Positions 11,062-24,281 of a DNA stretch of 64,000 bases are shown one piece after another. Source of the DNA: Phoronis australis (Eukaryota > Animalia > Phoronida); the NCBI GenBank assembly GCA_002633005.1, contig NMRA01000034.1, positions 767,766 through 831,765 on the forward strand. Reading direction: 5' to 3'. The stretch's first letter is position 1; every line of letters begins with the position of its first letter. The notes below the pieces were generated by a model that saw nothing but the letters and a program-made list of their open reading frames with translations, had not been told where the DNA came from and made no database searches. The position numbers and the translations under genes were made by a program.

Positions 11062-13914
11062 GCATGAACTTGGAATCCAGCTTTCTCTCAAGATCACGTA
11101 TACGTGGACTTGGAACTGAATATTCATTTGGGCAGTCAGGCGAATTTTTTGTTCAGTTCTAAGAATTTTTGTAATTAGTGGCCTCTTGAGCACCCATTTT
11201 CTTCTGTAGCGAACTTGTGCCAAAGAATTGAAGAAACATGTGAATTTTTAAGTCAATTATTGTTTGGTGAATAAGATCACCAATAGCTGAAAAAGCATTG
11301 CTTAAAATTACATAATTTTATTATTTGATTTGAATCTCTGGAATCTCATTAGAATCCAGTGAGATTCTCACTTTTTCACAAGGGAGCTAGTAGGCAACAC
11401 GTAGGCTCTCGATTGCCTGTTAGGGGGTACAATACTTCCCACTGCTTTCTGTACGAATTTCATCCCGTGTATTTTAAATGCCGGGCGGTAGGCCAATTCT
11501 GGTCACCGATTAAGAGTTTTCACCTCGTCAAAAATACATTCCACACTTAAAATTATCACTTAAAAAAGCACTCACTTTCTCCAGTGGTCCTTTCTACTTC
11601 TACATATATCTTCCATGAAGCTTAGTTACGAGAATTGATGTGACTTTGGCGAAGAATTCCAACTCCATTTTTTGGTCACCGTTAAGTGTTGCACATCGCG
11701 CGATAACCACAAATTATTTCAACTGAATCACGTGAGTAAGACAAAAGGCTAGCGCGAGACTGAGCAAACCGCGTGGCACTGGCGTGTGACACTTGCAAAA
11801 TAGTATGGGGAGATATGAGGTGAAATTTGTAAGATTTGTGTCCCTTGGACTTCTTATTCGTCAACATGCATGATTTCATGCAACTTCCTCAAAATGCCAC
11901 CTAGTAAGAGAAACTCGAGCAAACCCCGACAGATTTTCATCGATTTTTTCAAATTATCTTGACTGAATTGTCTCCAGACTTATTGTTTGTGTTAATTATA
12001 ACTCCATGTGCATATATGGATGTTTCATTTGATCTTATTTCCTGTATTTTGAAATTCGTAACTTTTTGTGGGGATGTACTGTCGTCCCTGTATGCTTGCA
12101 GCATCCAGGGCGACGTAATTGCCTTGGGAGCTAGCTGCTTGAGCTCTGCGTGGTAGTTACAAAAGGTACCCACATCATGAGAACTTATTTTGATCTTTTC
12201 GAACATACCTCTATAACCATGAGTAAAGAAGGGAGTACTGCATTTGCCATTACACCTGAACTTAGAATTGCTGGATGTTTGCCGAGGTTCGCTGCAATCT
12301 TGCCTCTACGTGACGCACATGATTACATTCTGCTTGACTATTTATTAGGGTCAGGCTATGAAGCGTACGATTGAAGGTCTTTAAGCAGTTGCCAATCACA
12401 ACGATGGACAAGCACGTCACGTAGTGGGGAGAGAGTGAACCTCACCACAGCAACAGGTAGTCATGTGCATCATGTAACCGCTAGATTGCAAACTTTGCCA
12501 GACTTTTGGCGATTCTATGATCCTAAGTAATGGTGTTTGCAATACTCCCTTTGTTACTAACCGCATGGTGTATAGTAGAGGTATGTTCTACAAGATCGAA
12601 ATAAGGTCCCATGCTTGACCAAGGGCACCGCTCATATCCATTAGACATGTGTCTTGTGGTTAAGGTAAAACACAAACATGAAGGGTTTTGGTCATGTATG
12701 TGACACTTTCAGGGAGTTATAGTTAAACTACATTGGTCAAGTAAAATACTAGTGACTCTTGTGTAGTGTACACTTACACTACTGTGGCCAATAGCCACTT
12801 AAAGGGTCCATTTTAAAATCTTTGCCTTTTAGTATCAAATAAAATGGCAAAATATTCATTTCCAATGTCTATTAGTGATCACCACACTATACTCACAATT
12901 TTTTTATAAAAACAACAAGATTTGCAGAGATATTTGACAACGAAAGTCATCTCCCAAGTGTTTTTTGGGGGATGAAATATGTTTGTCAAAAACATGTTTT
13001 CTCGAGGGTGAAATATGTGCCCCCTAGAGTTCATAACAAAGCTTGGTATTCCTGTAGTCGGTTTAGCAATCTCTATTTCATAGAAGTCCAGCTGACTGTA
13101 TAAATTGTTTTTAAACAGAATTTTTTTTTAATACGTGTACTTCAAATTATGTATCAATAGGTGCTGCAGCACAGCATGTTCTAAAAATGTACAAAAAGTG
13201 ATTTGGCGTGACTTGTTTGTTGTTGGGTACATAGAAATATACAGATGACTAAATTTTAGAACAAAAATTATCTTCTTTTTGCAACCAAGTTGAAGGGTAT
13301 TTTAGGTACTTGTGCACAGGTTATATGTTTCCTGATGAGCAAAATGATATAAACTGGTGTTGAATAACTTAGAAAATTCAATCCAATAACATCAAAAGGT
13401 CAATTTCTGGTGAAAATGTGTCCAATGTAGTTCACATTTTTTCCATTAGAAATCCTAATTTCAGAGGCATAATTGATTTAAAAGGGCTTCAGTTTCGGAT
13501 AACTCTTGATGACTACACTTTTTCGACTTCATTTCTTGTCTACCTCAAAAATAAGAGGAGATGGTATGAAATTTTGATCTGAAACACGAAGATCATGCAA
13601 AATCCAACCTTAATCCTAACCTTAAAACTAGACATCGGTCGTGTGTCTCTAAATGCGAGAACCTCACAAAAGTTAAAGGTCATGCAAGACTGCGAGATAT
13701 CACCATGCATTACAAGGGAAGCACATGGTCGTTCTTTACTTGGAGATTCGTGCATCTGCAGAACTGAGCCCAGGACTTTTTTGCCTGCTTAAGGCAATAT
13801 TTACTTGTCAGGTTAGAGGTCGGATGGCTAAGATGTAATCTTTTGTTTTCTAGTTTAATGCGTGTTTTATTTCATTTTAGGCCGTGAACGTCCTGAACAT
13901 TAATTACTCAACAG

Positions 13915-16119
13915 ATGGAGTCACTGTCGAACATCACAGCCATTTGCTCAAAGCATCATCAACCCGATGTTTATGATGTTTGTGAACCTACTGTCACATC
14001 AAACAGAGACAATCGTAATGCAATGAGTGTCACTGTTGTCGGTATAAAGCAAGAATGTGCTGAGGGCACAACTGACCATTGTGGATCTGGTTTTGAATCA
14101 ACTGTGGTCAATCGCAGTGCAACAGTTATCAGTGTTGATGGTATGGAACAAGAGTGTGATGAAAGCACAGCTGTTGAAAATATAGATGGTTGTAGATCTG
14201 TTGAATCCAATATAGTCAATCACAATGGAACGATTAGTGTAAAACAAGAGTTTTCTGAGGGTGCAGTTGAAGCGAATGCTGACAATTATGGGTCTGGTGG
14301 TCAATCAAGTATGGTCAATCAAAGTACACTTATTTCTTGTTGCAATACTGTACATATGATCTGTCAAAATGCACCACTAAGTATTGGTAATATAAAAGGA
14401 GAGTGTGTTGAGGGCATGACTGTAGAAAATTGTGACAATAGTGGTTCTGATGTTGAATCAAATGTGGCCAACCACAATGAACCAGCTGTTCATGTTAATT
14501 TAAAACGTGAGCGAAGCGATGATGTAATCTTGAGTGACCCGAAAAATCTGTATCATCGCTTTCGTCCAACCGAGCGGCAATCAGTTATAGAGTTGACGAA
14601 ACAAAAGCTCGGTGATCTCTATAAGAAGGCACGTCTTAATCCCCTGTCCACTACCCAGGGTGATGCAAAACGCCCGACACAAAAATACCCAGGATATAGA
14701 CGTACCAAAAAGGTCTTGAATAGTGAAAAACCTAACTCCATGTTCCACTCGACTGAATTTAAACTGGAATGTAAGGATGTTACACAGCTGGAAGCTGTGG
14801 AGGAGAATGAAGGAAAAAATGAAGATAAGGTAGAAAGGGTCCTCACTGGCAAACTGGGCTGGGCTGTTTCGAAGTCAAAAACCAAGCGAGGTGGTGAGGT
14901 ATGGTATGTACATAACATCCCTTCATACAAACTTGAAGAATCTGACAGTCATCAACCGGTTTTAGGACCGAACGGTCAGCAGGTACTCTTCTGTCGAATA
15001 TGCTCTGTGGAAGAAGATTTTGAGTTGCATGTAATGAAGAGGTTACACTATTGTACTGTTTGTTACAAAGTGTTTGATAGTGACGAATGTCTGCAGAAAC
15101 ACATTTTCACCCATTACGACAAGACAACCTTCTGTTGCAGGGTGTGTGACAAGCAGTTTAGCAACCAGAAACTTCTTGCGTCGCACATGCGCATCCACTT
15201 TGACTTAATTAACTACATGTGTCATATATGTGACAAACTGTTCTACACTCGAGGTTTTTTACAAGCTCATGCATGTATGCATGGTACAAGGGAATATTTT
15301 GCGTGCAACATTTGTTCAGTGACGTTCAGAAAGACCAAGCAATTGCAATCTCACGTTGTGACGCACTTTGAAGAAACGGAAGCTCCCTTCCGTTGTGCCG
15401 GGTGCCATTTGTTGTTTCTAGACATTGCGTCGCTTAAGGAACATGTGAAAATGCACAGAATTTACCGGTGCCATTGTGACCAAAGTTTCTCTACCGAATG
15501 GGAACTAGGAGATCACATGCACCGGCACACGGGAGAGAAGCCATACAAGTGTACTGTGTGCGCAAAAGCTTGGTGGACGCATAGCGGCTTGGTAAGGCAT
15601 AGAGAAAATCATGTTCGAGCGGAGCGACACAACTGTGGAGCATGCAGAAAGTGCTTCCTTGTGAAACCTGCCATTGACGATGTGGGCGTGTTACAGACAA
15701 ATGGGTCCAAACTATTCAAGTGCCCCGTGTGCGAAAAATCATTTGCGGCCAAGGAATACGTCATCGCTCACCTAGAGATGCACAAGCAAGAAAAATTGCA
15801 TGAGCGCACGAACTGTGACAAGGTCAGAGGGACCTTTGCTGATGGCTGTTCCAAAGAACGTGATGAAGGACAAGTATTCAGGTGTAGTTTGTGTGAACGA
15901 AAGTCAGCTAGTCTCCTTTTTATTCGAGCTCATGTTAGATTCAGCCACCCTAAGCCGAATGTGTTTATCTGTATTGTATGTGGAGTGACCTTCTTTTGCT
16001 GGAAGGAACTGAAAGTACACAGTCTAAGCCATGTTGCAAGTATGTACAAATGTGACGTGTGCCTGCGGGTTTATCAAAGTTCATTTACTCTGAAGTCGCA
16101 CAGATTTACATGTCAATGA
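13915..16119 (+). CDS. C2H2 zinc-finger protein, 734 aa, single coding exon
   Basis: Uninterrupted ORF; about 11 intact plus several degenerate fingers in the C-terminal half with one TGEKPY linker; acceptor TTCATTTTAG ending 13880 and in-frame TGA at 13894 upstream of the ATG; AATAAA at 16357 and 17234. Confidence 0.93.
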   Translation: MESLSNITAICSKHHQPDVYDVCEPTVTSNRDNRNAMSVTVVGIKQECAEGTTDHCGSGFESTVVNRSATVISVDGMEQECDESTAVENIDGCRSVESNIVNHNGTISVKQEFSEGAVEANADNYGSGGQSSMVNQSTLISCCNTVHMICQNAPLSIGNIKGECVEGMTVENCDNSGSDVESNVANHNEPAVHVNLKRERSDDVILSDPKNLYHRFRPTERQSVIELTKQKLGDLYKKARLNPLSTTQGDAKRPTQKYPGYRRTKKVLNSEKPNSMFHSTEFKLECKDVTQLEAVEENEGKNEDKVERVLTGKLGWAVSKSKTKRGGEVWYVHNIPSYKLEESDSHQPVLGPNGQQVLFCRICSVEEDFELHVMKRLHYCTVCYKVFDSDECLQKHIFTHYDKTTFCCRVCDKQFSNQKLLASHMRIHFDLINYMCHICDKLFYTRGFLQAHACMHGTREYFACNICSVTFRKTKQLQSHVVTHFEETEAPFRCAGCHLLFLDIASLKEHVKMHRIYRCHCDQSFSTEWELGDHMHRHTGEKPYKCTVCAKAWWTHSGLVRHRENHVRAERHNCGACRKCFLVKPAIDDVGVLQTNGSKLFKCPVCEKSFAAKEYVIAHLEMHKQEKLHERTNCDKVRGTFADGCSKERDEGQVFRCSLCERKSASLLFIRAHVRFSHPKPNVFICIVCGVTFFCWKELKVHSLSHVASMYKCDVCLRVYQSSFTLKSHRFTCQ

Positions 16120-17934
16120 CCTAGTAATTGCCTACTTTGTTGTCTTCTGCATTGCCAACATCTGCTTGATCGCCATTTTTGTTGTCGCACCACAGCGGTA
16201 TGTGTACCAACAATGATGATGGAAAGGGGACGTTTCATATTAGCGCTCTTTAGAGTAATGAGTTGCATGAAAGTTGACTTAACGATTCATCCAGACTCAG
16301 CTTTGGTGGATAGAAGTTCATTAGTGCTTAGTGGTTCATTAATTTAAAAATAGAGGAATAAAGCAAATAGTCAAAACTTAACATTTTACAATTAGTTTTT
16401 AGTTCACTAATTTGTTTTAGCTTTTTGACACCGGCTGGGATCGACATTCCCACACTTTATCAACTGCAGCTATTGGCTTTGTTAAGGATTCTTCCTCATA
16501 GTGGGACATGTGTTCGTCCATTTTCTTTTTCAAAATGTTTTCCTTTTGTTAGGCATTAGTACATGCCACTGCAGAGCAGTGGAAATTTGATAGCATTGTA
16601 ATAGCAGTGTCAAAACGCTGTTTGTACCTGTGGCTTGAAACGTCCCGTCCTCATTACATGGGATCTGTAGGTAGCGCTGAATACCGGTTCACGTAAGACA
16701 TGATAGCCATCTGGGGGGATACTGAATTTCAATATGGTGTGGCTAATTAGAGTCAGGTATTAAAGCCATGCACTGTGCCATAGTTGCAAAATCTACTTTG
16801 GTATAAATGCCAGAATCTAATCTTGTATGAATGTATTGTTAACAGAATTTATGCATTTTTTACTGAGATGAAGCTCTGTGTTAAAAATGTTCATTTTGAG
16901 GCTACGTAATGTTTACATTGAACTATGTTGTGTTCTCATTGACGTACATGGCAGAGGAATCTAGTCAAATTAACGTAAAATTGCATTTGTTTCTTTTTTA
17001 CTTTTTAGTGAATATGTGAACATGTAATATAGAAAAGACTGCAATACTGGTAGACTAGTTACCAATTATGAATGAAAGATGCAAGCTTTTCCGTGCATGC
17101 TCACAGAATGTCATGTAGGCAAGTTTGACATATGACCCAAAATAATTTACTCAACAGTAATTTTATCTGCAAATGTTAGCTGGATAAAAGCAAATTCAGT
17201 GATGGATAAGGATGTATTTTTTATTTGTCCGTTAATAAATGCACTTTTAGGTATATAATCTTTTATTACAATTTCTTCTTTTTGTTTTTGCTTAAATCTT
17301 GAAATGAACACTCATTGTGTGCAGCTTGATTAAATATGGCATTGCAAACTGCTCATGAAATCTAACATAAAAAATTAAGAGAATTTCGCTGTAATACATT
17401 TTTGCCAACTAAGTCATTTTTCTTGGGACAGGCCCCCAAGCCTCATGAATTAAAATCGCCAGTAAATCCACCAGGAAAAAATAGAGTTTAAAAGGGTCAC
17501 AAATAATTGGGATCAAAACAATTTATTGGCAAAAACTGCAGTAAGATAAGTTTTCTAGCCGATGCTGTGTCCGACAATTTAAATTCAGACTCTCAGTCAA
17601 ACTTGCCCCAATTTTTGTGTACAAGAAGCAATTTGTGTGAGAACATGAAATGGCAATTTGGGGGGGGGGGCAGAATTTCTCAAATTCAGCACGAAGAGTC
17701 TATGACTCACAGACACACAAATACTGGTAAGACGGCTATTACATAGATATCTTGAAGTCATTAAATCCATTGCATTTCTTCTGAATTCTCACCAAAACTT
17801 TAACGAAGCACAACGCATACATCTTTATAGACGTACTCCAACAATTCGACACTCGGTCCAACAGTTAACATGACTTTAAACCAGTATTTCATCATAATAC
17901 ACAACTTTTAAGTTTAGCCCACTCATCTTAAGGT

Positions 17935-18100
17935 AATTGACCTATTGTCAGGACTTAGAGGCTTAAGTTACCAATCAAAACGCAGCATTCTTGACACACC
18001 TTTGTTTCCAAGCCGCCATTTTACCCGACAACACGTTGCTGGGTAAAACTTATTATTTGTCGACATTTCGCAAGGGGGTAGAGCTTGCGATAGGTCAATT
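17935..18100. mobile_element. 166-bp MITE with 11-bp TIR and 3-bp TSD
   Basis: AATTGACCTAT ... ATAGGTCAATT flanked on both sides by GGT. Confidence 0.6.
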
Positions 18101-19523
18101 GGTCTCTAACTGCTGTTTCTTTGGAGAGGATCTCGGGAATTCAAAAGAACCGATAGTTTGTTATTGCTAGAGACCAGACTAGACAACTTGGCTCGTCATG
18201 GTATGTCATTTTATGTGGTGAACTCAAGTTTTGAATAACGAACTGTTGGATCTTTAAAAACCCAGAAATCCCTTCTCATCTGAGTGAGGAACAAGTTGTG
18301 AAAATTTTAAAGTGTTAAGTGGTCTAAACCTACCACTCGCTTCTTGGGTGGAACACGGGTTTTTCCGCCACGTTAAATTTCTCTCGTCTCGTACAAAATA
18401 ATTATTCAAACTTAGTTCAACAAAACATGGAGCATTTATTGTTACTGCAAGTTTTCAAAACAAATAATTCAACTAGTATGCACAAATAATAAACTTGACC
18501 AGTAATGTTATTTTACAGTATGCATCTTGAGACATAGTGCCGTATTTAAAAGTGGTAATTGCCTACTTTCAGATTTTTTAAACTGAAATTAAATTCTCCA
18601 AGTGTTGCTTTGAGTCTACAGGAAAAGTTGACAACCAAATTTAAGTGAAAGGTTCGTTTTGAAAGGATGTCACAAAATCATCACTGGTACACAGAGGCTG
18701 TCTATCAAAAAGTGGATTTTTCCCATTTCTGGGATGCCCGGAATGTAACTGATAATTCAATCCAATTTGTTGAATGTTACATTGCACATCACAGAATGGA
18801 ACATGAAGTTGCAAACTCTGTCCGACAAGGTAGTTCGTCCATACCCGTCAACGTTACCAACCAGTGCGCCTAAACTGGGGAAGTAAAAAATGAAACGAGG
18901 GTGTTCAAAGACAAAATTTCTAAGAAGTAGCTGTGGGCATTCACGCAGACGGCCAATTGGTATAAATGCACTGTACTAGCGTGAAAGGGAAGAATATTTT
19001 ACAGTTCTGACACAGTTACACAGTTACTCGGAGGTGAGCATTTAACATTTTGGGAGCTAAAATTTGCTTGAGTTAGATATTCACAAAAATTCGGGTCCTT
19101 TCAAGAAAGACGATGTAGGCAATGAATCAAGCATGGGTGTTAAAAGTGAAAATTTAGAAATTTTGAGCATGCGTGAAGCTGATTTGGGCATTAACTCAGA
19201 CAAGTATGGAATGTTCGTTTTGATGACCTAAACAAGCGAGAACAATTGAATCTGAAATGTTGATACATAGTCTATTGCTGTTCAACAGAAGAAGTGTACC
19301 TATGACATAAAGGCTACGCACGTTAGAGATGTGGTACTTGCAACAAAAGACAACCACCATACAAAATAACAGGCGAATAACAGTTAATGTCGACACCAAT
19401 CCCTATCCAACACGAATACCACAGTTACTACAGCTGTAGCTCAAAAATGAATAGTAGAGCTATAAGTAGATTTTCCTTTACGTTATGGTCCAAACATGTC
19501 ATCTTCCATTCACGTTGATGGTG

Positions 19524-19537
19524 TCATGAGGTCTGCC
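19524..19537 (-). CDS. BLOC1S1: Possible BLOC1S1 terminal coding exon (GQTS*)
   Basis: Strong acceptor TGTTTTTCAG in the phase needed by donor G|GTATAC at 24196; gives YKGQTS*, resembling vertebrate YKGQ; minus-strand AATAAA at 18440-18435. Very short, so uncertain. Confidence 0.45.
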
Positions 19538-21766
19538 CTGAAAAACAGGTCACATTGATTAGGAAGGCCCATATCCATGGACTTGATGGGGACATACAAC
19601 CAAACATGATAAACTGCAAATTACAACCTTTCTAATATTTGATAAAATGTAGAGCCATCAATGAAATGCATACTATCAATACTTGAACCTAGTCTACTAA
19701 AGTGTACAGAAGGCTATCCACATCAAAGCCCTAAAACCTCCCAATAAGCTAGGTGGTGCCAGATTTAAATTGTTGTCTGCATGAAACAAGGGTATTAACA
19801 ATGTCACTACACAAATGAGATCCCACATGACTCTAGTTCCCGCAGGTAGTAGTCAACAATATCCCAAACGACATGTCTCCAAGAATGTATGAATCAAGGA
19901 AAATACAGTACAACAGACCAGGTTCAAGTAGTAATATTATTTGATAAATACCCTTTTTCACTTAGGACAAGAAGTACAAGTACGAGGACAACACAGGAAC
20001 TCTAATGATCGTACTTGGTGCATGTACAGAGTAAAAGAAACATTTGCAGTCTCTGATCATGTCACCCATGACAGGAGTGAGCCAAGTATAAAGCAAATGA
20101 ATTCAATTTAATTTGACAATGCAGTAAGAATCTAAGCAGTGAAAATGTACCACAAATTACACCCCAGTTTGTAACGTTTGATTAATTCAATGCATGCACA
20201 CTTGAATATGTCTTTAGGTTAGCAAGTGTTAAAATCTGCTGACAAGGGTAGTTTCCCCACCTAAAACAACTCGATTGGGGGGGGGCACACAATCAATAAT
20301 AACAGAAATACCCCTCCCCCCAGCACAAAATGGCATCGGCTACATGAGTAACCCCACATAAGTGAAAGAGAACTGCTACTGAAGGAGATGGAAGGAAGTA
20401 AATGTTACAGTGTGAAGGAAACAAATTTTATACATTGTGATTCCTAGTATCCAACATTATGTATACTGTGGAGTTGTTCAGCTAAATTTCTCTATCAACC
20501 TGTGGTAAATTATAGACTGTATCTATTCTCAAAACTGTTTCTGGAGCAATAAGAATTTGGAGAGCTCCCTCAAGTTCAGTACTAAATGTGTTTTGGCAAC
20601 TGTAGAAGTAAAAAACCTTCATGTTTAAACTAGGACTCCTTGCTCTAAAATTGGTCTCAATTTGGGCAATAGTCTGGTATAATGTGCCAGCATTTTGAGA
20701 ACCAGTTGGCGCAGGTCACTGAAGAGAAGTAGTTCTCAAAAAGTGGGCATGTTACATCATGCTGTTGGCCTCAGCTTGTACACTGCATCAACCTCATTAA
20801 GATTAGAAATGAATAATGATCTTGGTAACAACTGTCAAATGTGGCTTATGACTTAAATCATTATGACTTGAGGTACAAAAAGCATAGGAGCTATCAGTTT
20901 AGGACAAAGTGAGAGAAATGGAGTGGTTCTGTCATTCAACAACATGGAGAGGAAATGATTCCATGGATGCTCACCTAAATTCCAGCTACAATCCCTAAAT
21001 CTCAGTGGTAGAAATTCCAGGTAAACGTCTCGCAGTTCCACACACACACCAAAAATGTTCCACACTCAGTGACCAGTCACAGACCTTGGAGCCAGTAAAT
21101 GGATCCCTTAGACTAGAGGTCTGTCATCAGTAATGCAGCATTTCCAATGCATGTGGAGTTTAGGGGAGTGGGTCTAGGATTTGTACCACAAGTTCGGTGT
21201 TCGCTAGTCAGAGACAAGGGTTCAGGAGATCGTAACTGAAATTTTGAGGTGTGGCCAAGGAATCGTTTCCACCCCCCAAAACAAGAGACTGAGTTCATAC
21301 CAGGTGCATGACACATTAAACATAGCTGGATACTAAAACTGTAGAAAGCGACTGTGGGAAGTATGCATGAGATACAAGCTTGCAAGGAGTGCATGAGCAA
21401 AAAGGAAGAGAAATGGCAGTTAGGTACTTGGGGATGTGCTGCATTGTAACAGAACACATTCAGCGATTTGGTAAAACGAGACATTACCCGGTTTGAGGAA
21501 AGGTTAATAAATGAATGTTAAGAAACCGTTCTTTGCAAAATTTAAGCCATGCATGATGTGGGAACTCAAATCCGAAATAGTGGAATTTAATTAAACTGAA
21601 TTTTGCAGTTATGATCATTTCTTGCCCGTGTTTTATGAGGTACACCATCTAGTTCATTCAGGTACTTCATAGCTACTAAAATACTGCAGAACTTTCATAA
21701 ACTTTTGTTCATACACTTGAACAAAATCAGGTCAAATGGATGACACTCTGTTTTCGAGCCAGCGCC

Positions 21767-22132
21767 GACGGAAAGCTACGATCCAAGCTGTGTGCCTCAA
21801 GTGAAATTTACTTTACGTCATCGTTACACACACACAGCACCATGAAATAGTCACTGACAAGAAAACTACATTAGAATTAAATAGCGTGGATGCAATACAT
21901 GAGGTCATAATAAGTGAGTGAGAGATTTGTCAGATGATGCAATAATTAACTTTCAAGGGAAACCGACTGTAATTGGCTAAATACATATTAACTCACTTGT
22001 TACACGCAAAACGATTTATGCTCGCAACATTCACTTTATCGCCTTGAGAGGCAAAATCTTGACAGTATAGTTTGATGCAGACGTGAGCTATAAGCTGAAC
22101 TCATTTTCATTGAACGAACGTAGCTTTCCGTC
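21767..22132. mobile_element. Degenerate TIR element
   Basis: 14-bp inverted repeat GACGGAAAGCTACG (21767-21780) / CGTAGCTTTCCGTC (22119-22132); right side continues to CCCTTAA. Confidence 0.5.
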
Positions 22133-24185
22133 TACGCCCTTAAGGATGACTGGCGGACAACGATATATGACCAACTGTCAGTTGCCTATCCCCTACAGCC
22201 CTTGAAACGCCTCACTGCCGTCCATTAAAAACTAATTAGCTGAGAGTTTGTCTTGGTAATCAAAGTATGGAAGTGGACACTGGCAGAATATTAACAGACT
22301 ACCCAAACAACACGACTCGCACACTTAAGAACATGGCTGGCAGACTTCTAAACTCAACTCATCAAATCACCAACACAGCCACACACTCACAAAACACAGC
22401 TTACACACCCAAAAAAATGACTCACTGAAGAGTGAGTGGGCTGCAATTATGGACCGCGTTTGTATGTCAGCGAACTTAGTTACTGGTCCAGGAGACATGT
22501 TCATGACTGCAGAGCTGTGTTCATGAGTAAATGAGTCAAGTTGTTCAGCTAGCCTGATTAACAAACCTAGAAACTGTTTTTAAATCGTAGAACAACTATC
22601 CCCCCAGAGAGGACCTAAGTTTTCATTGTTGACAATTTATGACGACTGAATTTAGAGCTCATAATAAACAATTCAGTGATGGACCCAGTAAACACAATAT
22701 GAACACGGACTAGGAGGACTATTTCCAGAAATGAACCTCTGAAACAAAAGCAGAAGTTTTATACAACTTTGTGAACAGACAGAAACATCCTGAAACAATG
22801 GAAAGAAGAAATATTTTCAAAACTGTGTCATTCGTTGAAAGTCACCATCTGTACTTTTACAGATGACAACATGCAAGACATTAGTCTCATTGACTTAGAG
22901 ATGTGGCCACCAATCACAAGGTCATACGTCATATTTCTGAGATTTTATTTTCACGACAAACGTCTGTGTTCATACTGTAGTGAATACCGTGGCTGGACAG
23001 TTAAACACGCGGGCGGCACCAGTAAATAATAACACGGCACTATTCATTCCAATGGGTCAGGTCACAGGCCTTAGTTGGGGAGGAGAGGGCTGCCATGTTT
23101 ACAGAGGTCTAACCATGGTATTTATCAGTCCGACCACTGCCTTGTTTCTGAAACCTGAAGTTTCTGAGCAAATCAAACCAAAGTTCATCGCTGAATATGC
23201 CATACACAAGCAAAGGACACTTACTGTTTCTTGGCTTCTGTGACAAAAACATAAACAAATAAAAAGTTACAGAGTCATTTCTCAGACTTATAATAATAAT
23301 TTGGTAGTAAGGGAAATGAGTGAAGTATTCAATTACCACATGCATGCACGCACGCACACACATGCATACATACACTGAAGGTTAGCAAAGTATGAGTACA
23401 CATCTGCACAACATGGAGGCTGGTATGCATTATTGTCTTCAAATTCTCAACAATTTGTGAGGTAGGAGGGAACCATCACTGGTACTAATACATTACTAAG
23501 GAAGAGTTACTTGGTGGTCTTATGTGTCAGTTGTGCATGGAGACGCATACAGTTAGATTTGCAAAAAGGACAAATCTTGAAAAAGAAAAGGAAGTAATGG
23601 TTCTATTTTTTTAAATAAAGGTAAAACAAATTTCAAATTAAATCAAAATGTCAAGGGACGTCCCAGTCAGTATAAAACACTTAGGTTTACGACAAATATC
23701 TCGTGTTAAATCACGTCAGTACAGTAAAATCTCACAAATTTAGGACACAACATGGACAACCGCTGAAATTTTATTTTCCCATTTTTCAGGTAAAAACATT
23801 GCAAAAATATAATGTTTGACCACGGTAAAGTTATAATGATAGGTACGGTCACACAAAATTTTCAAAAACTTCTGGGTCTAACAACAATGTAAGACCTTTA
23901 AAATGAGAAAAGGGCGATTTTGGAAAATTATAATTGTCCAAAACTGGTGAGATTAACTGTCAAGTCATAAATGTTTGTTGTGTTTGGTGTTTTTAAATTC
24001 AACAAAATGTCCCTAAATTACGTTAATTTACCTTGCACACTGAAACAGAAGAAAAGGAAGTTCCATAACAATGAGTGCTTTTAGCAGTTTAAGACATGTT
24101 CTTCCTCATGTGCGAAGTTATTTGTCAGAATGAAAAGCATGCTAGGGTGAATACATCTGTTTTTACTGAAATTAGCTGCTTGAGT

Positions 24186-24281
24186 TTAGGGTATACCTTT
24201 GTAGGCGTACTCCAAAGCACTAGATATCGTTCTCATGTCCGTTTCCATACTGCGCGCCCAGTTTTCGACATCTCCAATTTC
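24186..24281 (-). CDS. BLOC1S1: BLOC1S1 exon 4 (EIGDVENWARSMETDMRTISSALEYAYKG, then IP* by read-through or splice after 24197)
   Basis: TTTCTAG acceptor; conserved EIGDVENWARS; TAA at 24188-24186 if unspliced. Confidence 0.92.
   Translation of the reverse strand, partial: EIGDVENWARSMETDMRTISSALEYAYKGIP

Noticed and set aside
13971-15988. Short ORFs overlapping the zinc-finger CDS
   Set aside because: Shadow frames of a real coding sequence.
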